Shown here: positions 1-10,893 of the stretch, piece by piece
How the letters are laid out: each line of letters opens with the position of its first letter
Numbering within the stretch: position 1 is the first letter of the stretch
NCBI GenBank assembly: GCA_051294375.1
Contig: CM119271.1
Coordinates: 6,178,335-6,234,399 of the forward strand
Direction: 5' to 3'
Origin: Paraspadella gotoi
Lineage: Eukaryota; Animalia; Chaetognatha
Length of the DNA: 56,065 nucleotides
Position numbers and translations under genes: made by a program
The notes under the pieces: model-generated
Seen by the model: only the letters and a program-made list of their open reading frames with translations
Databases searched by the model: none
What the model was told of the DNA's origin: nothing

Positions 1-127
1 TCAATATATTTGGGTGACCCTGTAGGCATTTTTTTTTCAAATTCGGATTGAGAAAGGAAATTCTTGCAGCTGTGGGTAAATCGCCGTTTGCTTGAGAGAG
101 ATTAGGAAAAAAGGGAGAGGAAAGAGG

Positions 128-159
<32 letters not shown>

Positions 160-482
160 NNNNNNNNNNNNNNNNNNNNNNNNNNNNNNNNNNNNNNNNN
201 NNNNNNNNNNNNNNNNACACTAGACAGTAATCCTTCCAAAACTCGAAATAGCTCTCTCTCATCTCTCGTCTCTCCCTCTCCCTCTCTTCTCTCTCCCTCT
301 CTTCTCTCTCTCTCACTCTCTTTCTCTCCTCCCTCTCCTCTTTCTTGTGTCTACCCGCTTTGGATTTCTGTGAGGAAGAAAGAAAGACGCGTCGACCGAA
401 CGGAAATTCTGACTGAGATTTAGAGATTTTCCTAAGTTAGTGAGAAAATTGAAAAGAAAATGACGTTCGCACGCAGGATTCC

Positions 483-515
<33 letters not shown>

Positions 516-1080
516 TCTCTTTCTTTCTCTCTTTAAGACTCTCTCTCTCTCACACCAAGAGCGACGCCTTCAGACTCGCAGCGCATTAGCGTCACGGTCG
601 CCTGGCAACGCGTCACGTCGTTGCCTTGGGACGACGCCTCGAGGAAGGGAGAGAGAGAGAGGAGAGAGAGAGGAAGAGAGAGAGAGAGAAGAGAGAGCGA
701 GAGAAGAGAGAGAGACGAGAGAGAGAGAGAGAGAAAGAGAGAAACGAGTGGAAGAAATGAAAGAAGCGGAAATAAAAAAACAGGAAAAAAAGGTAGAGAG
801 AGGAAAAAGGAAAAATAGGAAATAATAGAAAAGTAGGACGAAAAAAAAGAAGGGAGGAAGAAAAGAAAGAAAAAAGAAAGGGAGGAAGAAAAGAAAGAAA
901 AAAGAAAGGGAGGAAGAAAAGAAAGAAAAAAGAAATGGAGGAGGAAAAGAAAGAAAAAAGAAACGGAGGAAGAAAAGAAAGAAAAAAGAAAGTGAGGAAG
1001 AAAAGAATAGGGAAAATAAAAAAAGGAAGGTAGGAAAAAAGGAAAGGAAAGAAATGAGGTAAGGAATGGAAGGTGGAATT

Positions 1081-1440
1081 AAAACAAGATCGGTTCATCC
1101 AATGTGTTGCGCCGCAGTGACTTTCTTTTCACATATATTTCCCTGTGATTGCGTGACTACATGACTATGAAATATATATATAACAAACGTCTTTATATTG
1201 TATTTGCAATGCATCGGAATTCCGTCTTTTATTCTTTATAGTTTTAGGATTTCCTGAAGGCGGCGCTAGCAGTCACTTAGATTTAAGGTTTTTTCCTATC
1301 TTAACAAATGAGCAATCAAGTATAGGCGAGTTATAAAAAGTTTTAATGTAAGTGGAACAGATCGACGGACTGACCGACAGATCGACTGAAAAATGACTTA
1401 TAGAGTTGCTCCGCGAGTACTGGCGGCGCAACTAAAAAAA
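1081..1440. mobile_element. Non-autonomous Helentron/DINE-1-like (HINE) element, family A
   Basis: Subterminal inverted repeat GTTGCGCCGC (1106-1115) / GCGGCGCAAC (1423-1432); terminal hairpin AGTTGC (1404-1409)..GCAACT (1428-1433) followed by an A-run; internal GACC/GACA-type microsatellite near 1358-1388; a second diverged copy at 16732-17005. Confidence 0.6.
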
Positions 1441-2107
1441 GGTAAGTGGTGAGAGAAATCAAAGGGGAAAAGAAAGAAAATTAGGATTAAAAGAAGGGAA
1501 AAAGGATAGAGAAGGAAAAGAAAAAAAAAAAGTAAACGGATCAAAAATTTAAAAAAATTAAAAAAGAAACAAACTTTATTTTCAAATTAGAGCGAATTAG
1601 AAAAAAAGATAAATAAGCGAAGGAATGTTTCGAATATTTTATAAATTTAAGTTTCAGGTGGGAAGATCGCTAAAAAGAGAAAGAGAGAAAGGAGAAGAGG
1701 AGAAGAGAGAAAGACAAAAAAAGGCACGTCAAAAAACAATTCAGATATCGTAAAGGAAAAAAAGCAAGAAGCAGTGAGGACCGATATACGAAGGAACGAA
1801 GACGATTAAANNNNNNNNNNNNNNNNNNNNNNNNNAAAGAGCTTGACGTTCGAAAGGAGGACAGAGAGAGAGAAGAGAGAGAGAGAGAGGGAGTTTTAAA
1901 TGGTCTTCGTGTTGAAGACGGCAAGATTCTCTCGGGAGTTCGTTCTTGGATTCCTGTTCGTATCTGGTTGGAGGATTTCCTTGTTAAGAACTCACTCTCT
2001 CTCTCTCTCTCTCTTCCTCTCTTCTCTCACGACACGATAACACATTCTTCCTCTCTTTCTCTCTCGATCTGCCTTTGATTTTTGAATTTGAATGCTTTTC
2101 GAATAAT

Positions 2108-2598
2108 TGTAGGATTGAAACCACGAACCTTGGGGTCAATCCATTTTCTTAGTGGCTATCGCCACTCGGTGTTCTTAATATATAGATATTTCCATTCTTT
2201 CCATAACTATGGTAGCATGTGAAATAACCATATGTAAAACATAAGAACACTATAATCGCGTATAGCATTTATATTTTCTCTCACATGGATGTCACTGACA
2301 TAATTATTGACTACAAGTTATCATTCATTTAACCATTCACATAGATTCAACTTACGTTCCAGTCTCACCTTGTTAATGTTTAGTATTCATATGTTTATTA
2401 TTGAAAGTCTGATTTGTTTATTGATGTGTCCATAGTATTAATGCTTTTGTATTCTTTGTTATGCATATAGATATCTATTATGCTTTGGAATTTTTTTATT
2501 TAAGGTCTGTTGTTATTGTGAAACCAAATAACAGAACTTTGTTCTGGACACATTTTAATCATTTCAAATAAACATTCGAGTCAGAATACGTAGACTCA
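2108..2598 (+). repeat. 5' LTR (putative extent)
   Basis: Begins with TG, has AATAAA at 2567-2572 and ends with CA at 2598, two bases before the PBS-like TGG. Only the first ~36 bp can be confirmed against the 3' copy. Confidence 0.65.
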
Positions 2599-2600
2599 CG

Positions 2601-2613
2601 TGGCGCTCTAGTC
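2601..2613 (+). promoter_or_regulatory. Putative primer-binding site
   Basis: TGGCGCTCTAGTC directly after the LTR-terminal CA; TGG is complementary to the tRNA 3' CCA. The tRNA is not identified (TGGCG fits Ser/Arg-type acceptor ends). Confidence 0.5.
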
Positions 2614-3034
2614 TAACCGCCACATTGTGGAAACCCGACTTTTGAAATCGACGCCCTCTCAACTCTCTGAAGGCGCGTTCATCCAACCTTCTGACCTTCA
2701 GACCCAATATCTCGGGACACTCAACCGGCTCGCTCGATGCCGCCAAACTCGAGGGCCAACTACTCGGTCACCCAAACAGCGCCAATCATTGCGGCGCCAC
2801 CCTCTCGCCGACGCGGCCTCACTTCTCCACCTCGTTATTGCGACGAGAAGTCGAGGCACCCTTCAGGCGGTCCAACATTCTCCTTTCTCCCGCGGACATC
2901 GACCATTTCGAGACGCCCAAAACAACAATGGCTGAGGCGCCCTCCTACTCAGTTAGAGATGCAAGGCACTCCGCACGCCTCTCGACGCCGCACTGCGGGC
3001 GACCAAGCCGCGGCAAGACGCGTTGGCCCGCAGC

Positions 3035-3800
3035 GACCGACCCAAAAAGCCCGAGCTTCCACCATTCGATAAAAGATAAATATCGAAATATGGATTCGCG
3101 CGTGGAGCGGCCTACGTCCGCGACCAAAATTCTTTCTCCCGCGGACAAATTTGCATTCCTCGAATCGAAAATCTCCGGTCGACATTTAATCCAAAGATCA
3201 ACGCCTACCTTTACGGCGAGGCTTCAGACGCCATTGGGCCGCATCTCGTATCTGCGCCGCCGAGTACGGCCTCTCCACACGACGCCAAGTCGAAAACCTT
3301 CTCGCCGCCGCTTTAAACCGGTGGACGGGCATGAAAGCCTGCCCAACACTTGGCCAGGCTCGTTCTACCGCACGACAACCGTCTTCCATTGACGACGTCC
3401 GCAAGGAAGTCAATGCGAGGTTCTGCCCCCGGAAATACGCGCTTAATCTGAGTGAAACCGTGCCAGCGAAATGAACCGCAGCTCAATTCGCGGAAGCGCC
3501 GACCATCACTTTCGAGCGAAGGGCAAACCTTGCATGCAGGCACTGCGCCAGTGATCAACTCCATCGACGCCCACGATTTCAGCGACGACGAAAGCGCCTC
3601 GGAACCACCCTGGCAGCGTCAACGCCGTTCAAGGACGACGCGAAAAACGCCGCCCCTTCATTCGCGCGGCATCCAAAGTTCGACGCCGGGAATCAGCGTC
3701 AACCGGAAATGAGTGACGGATCGCGCTCCTAAACTCATGCGTATTTGTAGGTTCCATCTGAATACGGCGACCCGCCTTCGATGCGAAAAAAGGTTGCGCC
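3035..3800 (+). pseudogene. gag: Retrotransposon Gag (frameshifted)
   Basis: Read across frames: PKKPELPPFD..IEIWIR.., KILSPADKFAFLESKI, NPKINAYLYGEAS, and a Cys/His motif ICRFHL.YGD.AF.CEK.C at about 3743-3797, matching the CxxHxxxGxxAxxCxxxC C-terminus of some Gypsy Gags. The N-terminus may extend further upstream. Confidence 0.7.
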
Positions 3801-3904
3801 AAAGCGAAGGAAAGAACGACGAGAAAGAGGACGAAGGCGGGAACGCTTGGCGGCGCGGCGGACGGTGAACGCCGTGCCCCGCCAAACTGGAATTCGCCAC
3901 AAAG

Positions 3905-4200
3905 TCCTTTCTGCTTCACTCGTTGATGCCAGCGGACGGCCGAGGCATGGCCTTGTGGACGGCGGCGCTTTATTATCACTGTATAACCACCTACGGCCAG
4001 AAAACAACGCGCCTGGACCACAAGGACCGCAATTGCAGCCGCCAATAGGCAGCCCAATGCCTTGTTATGGCACCACGAAAAAAAACGATCACCCTCGGCC
4101 CCCGCATTTTTTCCCTTTGAGTGTTTCCTCGTTGCCGATGTGACTCAAACATTCTTGGCGCATATTTTCTCGCCGAATTTTTCGCTGGCGCCCGAACCAT
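3905..4200 (+). pseudogene. pol: Aspartic protease domain of pol (frameshifted)
   Basis: LVDGGALLSL active-site segment at about 3952-3981, AAN(GS)PMPCYGT, then FLVADVTQ..LGA.FLAEFSL. Confidence 0.8.
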
Positions 4201-4369
4201 CGCCGATGAATTCTTCTAGACCTCAAAGACTACTCCACCATCGCCTTGCGCCAAGTCAGTCGCCAACCCCCTTCTCCAATCAATTTTGTCGGACAAAAAG
4301 ACGACCGCTTCTACCAATTGCTGGACAGTTTTTCCTGCACTTTCAAAGCAGCCTTTGAAGTCAAAGAGC

Positions 4370-5140
4370 CGAAACATGGAATCCGCACTTTTATCCCAAC
4401 TCAGGGGCCGTCCCTGGCCAAGCAGAGCTCGTCGATTGTCCCGGAGAAACTGGCGGTCGCCAGGCCGAACTCGACCCGTATGGTGGCCCTTGGATCGCCG
4501 TCCGCGCTAAAAGCCTGTGGTCTTCTCCGCTTGCATTGCGATCCAAAATTGACGGGCGGCTGGAGAGTTCTGTGGCGATTACGCCGTTTAATACTCGCAA
4601 ACGGTTGACGATCGCTTACCCAGTCAAATTGTTGTGCCGACTTCAACGCCCAGCTGGCGGCAAGCGCTCTTCTCGAAGGGTCGACCTTCTAAAGGGTACC
4701 TCAATCCCGTGGCCCCAGAGTGTTCCAAAAACGCCCGCCGTAATCACGCCTTTTGGGACTTTACGTTTTCCTCCGGGACGCCATTTGCCTAAAAATGCAG
4801 GCCAAGACTTTCAGCGCCTCATGGGATGAAATCTTGGGTGAGCTGCCGCGCGTCTATGTCTATTCTCGACGACATTCTCATCGCCAATGAGACGCCCGAG
4901 CATCACTTGAGGATCTCAAGGCCGGTTTTCAGCGCACTGGAGGAAAATGGACTGGTGAGATCAGACGCCGAAGATAAATTGTCTGCCTCGGTCAATCAGC
5001 ATTGGAGTTCCTCGGGTACTTTGTTGAGAGAACGGCGTTTCCGCGCCCTTGCCTCAACGAGTTGAAGCCCTCGCCAAACGACGCCGCCAACGACGGGTCC
5101 AAGGAGCTGCAACGTTTCTTGGGGATGGATAAACTATTAT
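4370..5140 (+). pseudogene. pol: Reverse transcriptase domain (frameshifted)
   Basis: GGWRV.GDY.RLN, VDLLKG, PKT.AVITPFG, LKNAGQDFQRLM, (Y)LDDILIA at about 4861-4885, LEENGLV, EFLGY, KELQRFLGM. Confidence 0.92.
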
Positions 5141-5239
5141 CGGGCGTTTCATCCCCAAAGATCGCTCACCACGCGACGGCCGCTCTACGACGGGCACCAA
5201 GGCAAATCCAAGCGCTCGGTGGACGCCCAGACTGCCAGC

Positions 5240-5690
5240 GGGGGTTTCGACGCCGTCAAGGAGGCTCTCGCAAACTCCGTCCTTCTCCGTCACCCACAGA
5301 ACGCGGCGCTCAACTTGTGCTCTGACGACAGACGCTTCCGACCACGCCATCGGCGCCGTCTTGGGAGCAGCGCGAGAGAAAAAGGATGGGAACCTCTCGC
5401 CTCTTTTCGGCCAAACTCTCCGACAGCCAAGGAAAGTGGCCGCCCTTCGACCGAGAACTATATTGGCATTCCGCTCATGGTCGTCATTTCCGGCCATGGC
5501 CTCGAAGGGAGAACATTCACCGCTCACACAGAATCACATACCTGATCCACGCCTCCATAGATGAAGAGTGAGCCTGCAAACTTGCGCAAGACACACCTTC
5601 CAGTTGTCCGTCATATCGGAATTCACGACGGACATTCGTCACGTTCAAAGGGGCAAGGCCAACGTCGTGTGCTGATGCCTTGTCCGCCCA
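5240..5690 (+). pseudogene. pol: RNase H domain (frameshifted)
   Basis: FDAVKEALA, TDASDHAIGAVL, GWEPLA.FSAKL, KWPPFDREL, HFRPWLEGRTFT, and a NVVADALS-like segment near 5660-5685. Confidence 0.85.
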
Positions 5691-5974
5691 AACCAACCTC
5701 TCCCTCCCGTTTGTTTAGCGTCAATCGAAAAGCCCATCATGCCACAAAGTCAGGGATTCTCGCACTAGTCGCTGCGGCACTCTCTTCCCAAGGCAATCGA
5801 CTTGCAGGACCTTGCTCGTCACCAGCCGCTTGACCGAGACTTTCCGAAAGCTAAGGGGGACTCACGCAACCGGCCCTGAGGTTTCGGAGGGTTCCACATT
5901 GGAGTCAGGAAATCATAGTCGACGTTTCAAACGGCCTGCGCGGCCATTGTCCCCGAAACTTGGCGCCGGCGAGT

Positions 5975-6960
5975 TTTTCGACGCTATTCAATGGCCTTGG
6001 CCATCCAGGATGCGCGAACGCCGCGAAACAATTGCAGAAAAATTTGGTCCTGGCCCTCCATTGGCAGAACGGGACGTCACCGCTGGGCCCGAAACTGCAT
6101 TCCTTGCCCAACAAAGCCAAAGTCTCTCCCACGTCGTGCCACATCGGTGAATTTGCAGTCCACTCCACGGCCGTTCCAACACATCCACGTCGACACTTGT
6201 TTCCATGACCTGCCTCAAAACGTCAATCACTACCTGCTAAACAGCAGTCGACGTTTTACCAGGTGGCCAGTGGCCATCCCATCAAAGATATATCGCAACA
6301 AACCGTCGCGATGCCTTCACGCTGGATGGGTTGCTGCTTTTGGCATTCCACTCTGACATCACGACCGATCGGTCTGGTGTGTTCCTTTCTTCATTTTGGA
6401 GGCAACTTCGGAAGACCTGGACTGCAGGCTCCATCACACGGCTGGCTATATCCATCCGGAGGCAAACGGACTCGTCGAACGATTCCATCGACGCCTAAAA
6501 GAGTCTTTAAATTGCTCTGGCGTCGACGAGCCGGCTAAATGGTACTAGCGCCTCCCTTCCACCCTCTGGCAATTGGACGACAGTCAAACCAGACATCGGC
6601 GCATCTCCGGCGCACTAGTCCTAGCGCCGACGGCCTCACGATTTCCCGCGCCGTCCTCAACCCATCCGTCGACGCACAAGAAGAAGCCACGCGCTGGCGC
6701 CATCTTCGAGATAACCTCCGCCTCGAAGTCGAACGACTACAGCCGGCTCCCACAGCAGTCATCGACAGCCAAGCGTCCATCTCCCGGACAACCTCTCACT
6801 GCCTCTTAGTTTTTTGTCAGACGAGGCGGGGTCAAACCGGCGTTGACTGCCCCTACGAAGGCTTTAGGGTTGTTGGGCGCCGACAATCTAACTTCGAGTT
6901 TGAATTACCAGGAAGGGAGGAGTGAAACAATTGCCATCTTAATCAAGCCAGCCACACGTG
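5975..6960 (+). pseudogene. pol: Integrase (HHCC zinc finger, DDE core, GPY/F-like tail; frameshifted)
   Basis: LGHPG..IAEKF.WP.I..DV..WARNCIPC; FQHIHVD, YLL..VDRFTRWPVAIP, WVAAFGIP, Y(H)PEANGLVERFHRRLK; CPYEG.FRVVGR at about 6848-6880. Confidence 0.9.
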
Positions 6961-7196
6961 TGGGACGACGTCATCTGAGGACGCGGCCCCTCCAGAAGGG
7001 AGGCGTCACCGCCACGCCGCCACCGCGAGGTCGGCGCCCCGGCCTCCGGACCCGAACTCTTCCCCCATCATCAATCGTACACGCGCAAGAGGCAAAAGAC
7101 TAGACAGACTATGTCTCGGTCCTCAGAGTCATCCTGGCGGTTAACAAATGGCCAACCGTGTCTCTCTCTCTCCTCGTCTCCAACGGTCACTCGTCT

Positions 7197-7242
7197 GGGG
7201 GGGGATGTAGATTGAACCACGAACCTTGGGGTCAATCCCATT
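7197..7242 (+). repeat. Polypurine tract and truncated 3' LTR
   Basis: GGGGGGGGA (7197-7205) immediately precedes TGTAGATTGAACCACGAACCTTGGGGTCAATCCCATT, a near-copy of 2108-2145; similarity then stops. Confidence 0.85.
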
Positions 7243-7275
7243 ATCTCTCTCTACGACGACGACGACGACGCCCAC

Positions 7276-7432
7276 CTTTGTGCGAGGCCCTCGACACGGC
7301 CAGCGTGCCGTCCGACCTCGTGGCGACGCGGTCGACGAGTGGCGAGGAGCGTTGAGTCACTTCCTCGTTTTTGAAGAACCATTGGTAAGTCACGTTGTTG
7401 GGTATGGCCTCGGCGCGGCAGAAGAGACGAAT
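7276..7432 (-). CDS. tutl: Internal exon of a Turtle/IGSF9-like Ig-superfamily cell-adhesion gene (third Ig domain, strands B-E)
   Basis: Pyrimidine tract cattcccttaccccccAG acceptor; 157 nt translating IRLFCRAEAIPNNVTYQWFFKNEEVTQRSSPLVDRVATRSDGTLAVSRASHK(G); GTGGG donor, phase 1. Has the Ig B-strand Cys and C-strand Trp, and resembles Drosophila Turtle CEAKAMPGNVTVRW..RVTIRKDGSL as I recall it. Absent from the ORF track. Confidence 0.85.
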
Positions 7433-7888
7433 CTGGGGGGTAAGGGAATGGGGTTGGTCAGTTTAGAAGAAATATGAAAAGAATTCTGATAATTAAAGAG
7501 TTAAAGTTGGGTAGGGAAGGAGATAGAGAGAGAGAGAGACAGAAAGAAGAAAAAGGAAAAAAAAAAGAAAGTAAGAAAAAAAGAAAAAAGAAAGAAAGAA
7601 AAAAAAAACAGAAAGAGAGGAAGAGAAAAAGAGAAAGAAATAAAAAAAAGAGAGCGAGTAAACAAAGGTTACATTTTTTTCCCGCGGATATACGTAATAC
7701 GTATATAATATGTATTCTCTTCGTATTACAATCACCAAGAGACGTTTGTCGAGCTGCAAATTGCAATTGTTCCTTGAGGTACAACACAAGCGTCAAAAAA
7801 GACGCCAAAGGTTTAAAGAAGTTGCGAAGGGAATAAGAATTCGCGAGAGAGAGGAGAGAGAGAGTAGAGATGAGAGAGAGAGAGAGAC

Positions 7889-7924
<36 letters not shown>

Positions 7925-8166
7925 TAGCCCGAAAAAAAATAAAAGGGAAAAAAAACAGAAAAAAGGTGGAGAAAAGTGATGACGTGAAAAAAGAGAGAAA
8001 AAAGGTAAAAATGTTGAGTGAGAAAAGGTGAGGAAGGTAGGAAGAGAGACAGAGAGACAGAGAGATTGAGAGAGATGAGAGAGACGAGAAGAGAGAGACT
8101 CTCTCCCTCGAGTGAGATCAGCCCCGATTTATTTAACCTGTATTTATCGCCCGCGTAAAAATTCCA

Positions 8167-8317
8167 ACGACGATAACGACGACGATAACGATGATGACGA
8201 CGACGACGTCGATGACGACGAAGAAGACGACGACGTCGACGACGACGAAGACGAAGAATAAAACGGCGACGATAACGAAGATGTCGACGAAGGCGACGAC
8301 GGCGACGATGTCGACGA
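8167..8317. repeat. Imperfect (GAC/GAT/GAA)n trinucleotide tract
   Basis: acgacgataacgacgacgataacgatgatgacg...; this tract produces the spurious T/D/R-rich ORFs. Confidence 0.9.
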
Positions 8318-8397
8318 AAAAACCCCGAATCCATTTCTGTTTACCCGACGACAACTTTGACAACCGGCGGACGGAGTGACGCCGAGGGGAAGGGAGG

Positions 8398-8401
<4 letters not shown>

Positions 8402-8493
<92 letters not shown>
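8402..8493. repeat. (GA)n microsatellite
   Basis: Pure GA tract of about 46 units; one of dozens of AG/CT tracts in the window. Confidence 0.98.
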
Positions 8494-8496
<3 letters not shown>

Positions 8497-8594
8497 TGTG
8501 ATAAAACGAGGCCGGTCCAGATGTTCGAGGGGAAAAAGTTTGCGGCTTCGCGGGTAATAATGGCGGCGGAAGCAGCGAGGCCGTCCTCCACTTC

Positions 8595-8935
8595 CGCCTT
8601 TAATGACATTGCCTACTCCGATGATATTTACCCCCTTCGATGACATTTCCTGGCTTTAATGATATTTCCATTTTTTACGGAGTTTCTAATTCAACGACAT
8701 CTCCAGTTTTGTCCTACTTCAACGACATTATTAAATTTAATTATATTTCCCGTTTAAATAATATTTCCGAATTTAATGATATCTTTCGTTTCATTTACAC
8801 ATTTTGGTTCATTGTACATTTCTCTTTTCCAAATCAACTAGCATTTCACATTTTCGCAGCCAATTTCCACATCGATGACATTTCCCACTTCGATGACATT
8901 GCACCGACATTTTCGATGACAAGTCATTTCGATTC
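8595..8935. repeat. Degenerate ~18-bp tandem repeat
   Basis: Recurring RAYGAYATTTCCNNNTTY units (gatgacatttcccacttc, aatgatatctttcgtttc, aataatatttccgaattt, aacgacatctccagtttt). Confidence 0.65.
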
Positions 8936-9823
8936 CCTTTTTCTCCCCTTCAATTTTTAAGCCTTAAATCTTTTTTCTCAGTTTCTCTCCTCGGTCCATT
9001 TTGCTCCGCGAGGAAAAAGGCTGGAAGGGACAACTTTTTCACTTTTGAAGAAAAGACGATTGACTTTTGGGAAAAAAAAATATGGAAGCTGGAAAGGAAA
9101 CGTCAACTGTGGCGAACGAAGACGATGACAACAATGTGGTTAACGACGACGACGACGACGATTAGAAAAAAACGATAAGGAACGATGACGTCAAAAGGTT
9201 TTCTCGCGACGATCAATTAGTTAAAACAACGAAAAGTCAATAATGTTATTCTGTTAAAGTATTAGTGAGTGAAATCGAGAGACAATCGTCAGTGACTTGT
9301 TACAGTCGGAGACTATCCTTATTTTAAAAAAAATATAATACGCTAATGAAATTAAAATTGTTGTCAATCATTTTTACTCTTGACGACGAAGATGACGACG
9401 AAGATGACTACAAAAATGGCGACAAAGGTGAGGGCGAAGAAGACGGCGAAGATGACGACGAAGATGACAGAAAAGATGACAAAGATGACAAGTTGAAGAA
9501 ATGGGTTCCGACGACCTCTCTAATCACTGTTTTCGAGTCTGCACTTCTCGAAACGCCCCGCCCGTCTCTCTCTCTCTCTCTCTCTCCTCTCCTCTCTCTC
9601 TCTCTCGCTCTCTCTCTCTCCTCTCTCTCTCTTCTCTCTCCCTTCCGAGATTTCGGGCCCCAAGGAAAAGCAAACCAAAGAATGTTTTTCTTTTTTTTTT
9701 CATCATCTTTTGTCGCGTTTGAGTTTTCCCTTTTTCACGCTCGTTTTCTACCCGACTATCTTTCTCTCTCTCGGTCTCTTTCTGTCTGTCTGTCTGTCTG
9801 TCTGTTCTGCTCTCTCTCTTCTC

Positions 9824-9887
<64 letters not shown>

Positions 9888-10833
9888 CCAGGCCGCCCTG
9901 TCTCCTTTGAAGAAAAAAAATATTTTAAAAAGAAAGTAAAAATTTCCCTCTCACGCTTTCTTCCGAGGGATCGTGTTTGTGTGAATCTTCAAATACGGCG
10001 ATGAAATGAATAGAGAAGAAGAGCGAAGAAATGCGGAAAAAAAACTATATGTTCGAACATAAAGCAAAAGTAAACATAATTCAGAAAATGGGTGCGATTA
10101 TTCCGACTTTGAACAGGGTACATGGCTACATGGCTACATGGTTACATTGGCTAATGACTAAGGGAGCACGACGCTGAAACTTTCAATCATTACGAGTTGT
10201 TACGAACTTTCATCACTCGCTTTACATAATTTAATATAAAATTTTAAAGTCTAATTTAGTAAAACATGTAATCTTGCAATTTTTCATAAATCTGTCTGGA
10301 GCGCACGATTCTTAAAACCTGTAGTATGTATGTATGTTTGCATAAACGACGCTCCATTTGACCCAATTTTACAAGTCCCAATTAACCTATCGAAATGGTT
10401 TTAGATCGGCAATTTATAGACAACGCTTTATTTGTAAAAGTCGCATTCGGATTAATCCTGCTTTCTTTGATGAACACAAAAATAACTTAAATAAAAAACA
10501 AAACAAAACAAAAAACCAAAAAAAATTGAAACGAAACTAAGAAACAAAAGAGGATTTTCTTTCTTTTTTAAATCTTCCTCAACGGAGGGAGAATGTGCGC
10601 CCGGATTGTTGCTGACCTTTTAGTTATGTCTTTTCCTTCTTATTTATCTCCCTTTCCACTTTATTTGATTATCCCGTTCTTCTCTCTCTCAATTCATGTC
10701 CTCAACGGAGGAGAATGTGCGCCCGAGACATGTTGCTGACCTTTTAGCTTAATGTCTTCTTCCATTACTATATTTAATCTCCCTATTCCAACTTTATTGA
10801 TTATCCCCGTTCTCTTTCTCTTCTCTCTCTTTC

Positions 10834-10893
<60 letters not shown>

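Larger units (their letters stand above)
2108..7242 (+). mobile_element. Ty3/Gypsy LTR retrotransposon, near full length, frameshifted, 3' LTR truncated
   Basis: LTR start TGTAG(G)ATTGAA(A)CCACGAACCTTGGGGTCAATCC at 2108 and again at 7206; PBS-like TGGCGCT at 2601; polypurine tract at 7197-7205; domain order gag-PR-RT-RNaseH-integrase, which is diagnostic of Ty3/Gypsy. Confidence 0.95.

Noticed and set aside
555-645. Next turtle-like exon (expected DxGxYxC) in the GC-rich patch
   Set aside because: No minus-strand frame gives the motif; the exon is probably outside the window or in a gap.
460-1098. ER/RE-, LS- and F-rich ORFs here and across the window
   Set aside because: They are translations of AG/CT microsatellites, purine tracts or N-runs, not proteins.
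9346-9500. Acidic D/E-rich ORF start
   Set aside because: It is a GAY/GAA trinucleotide tract running into CT microsatellites, with no splice or domain support.
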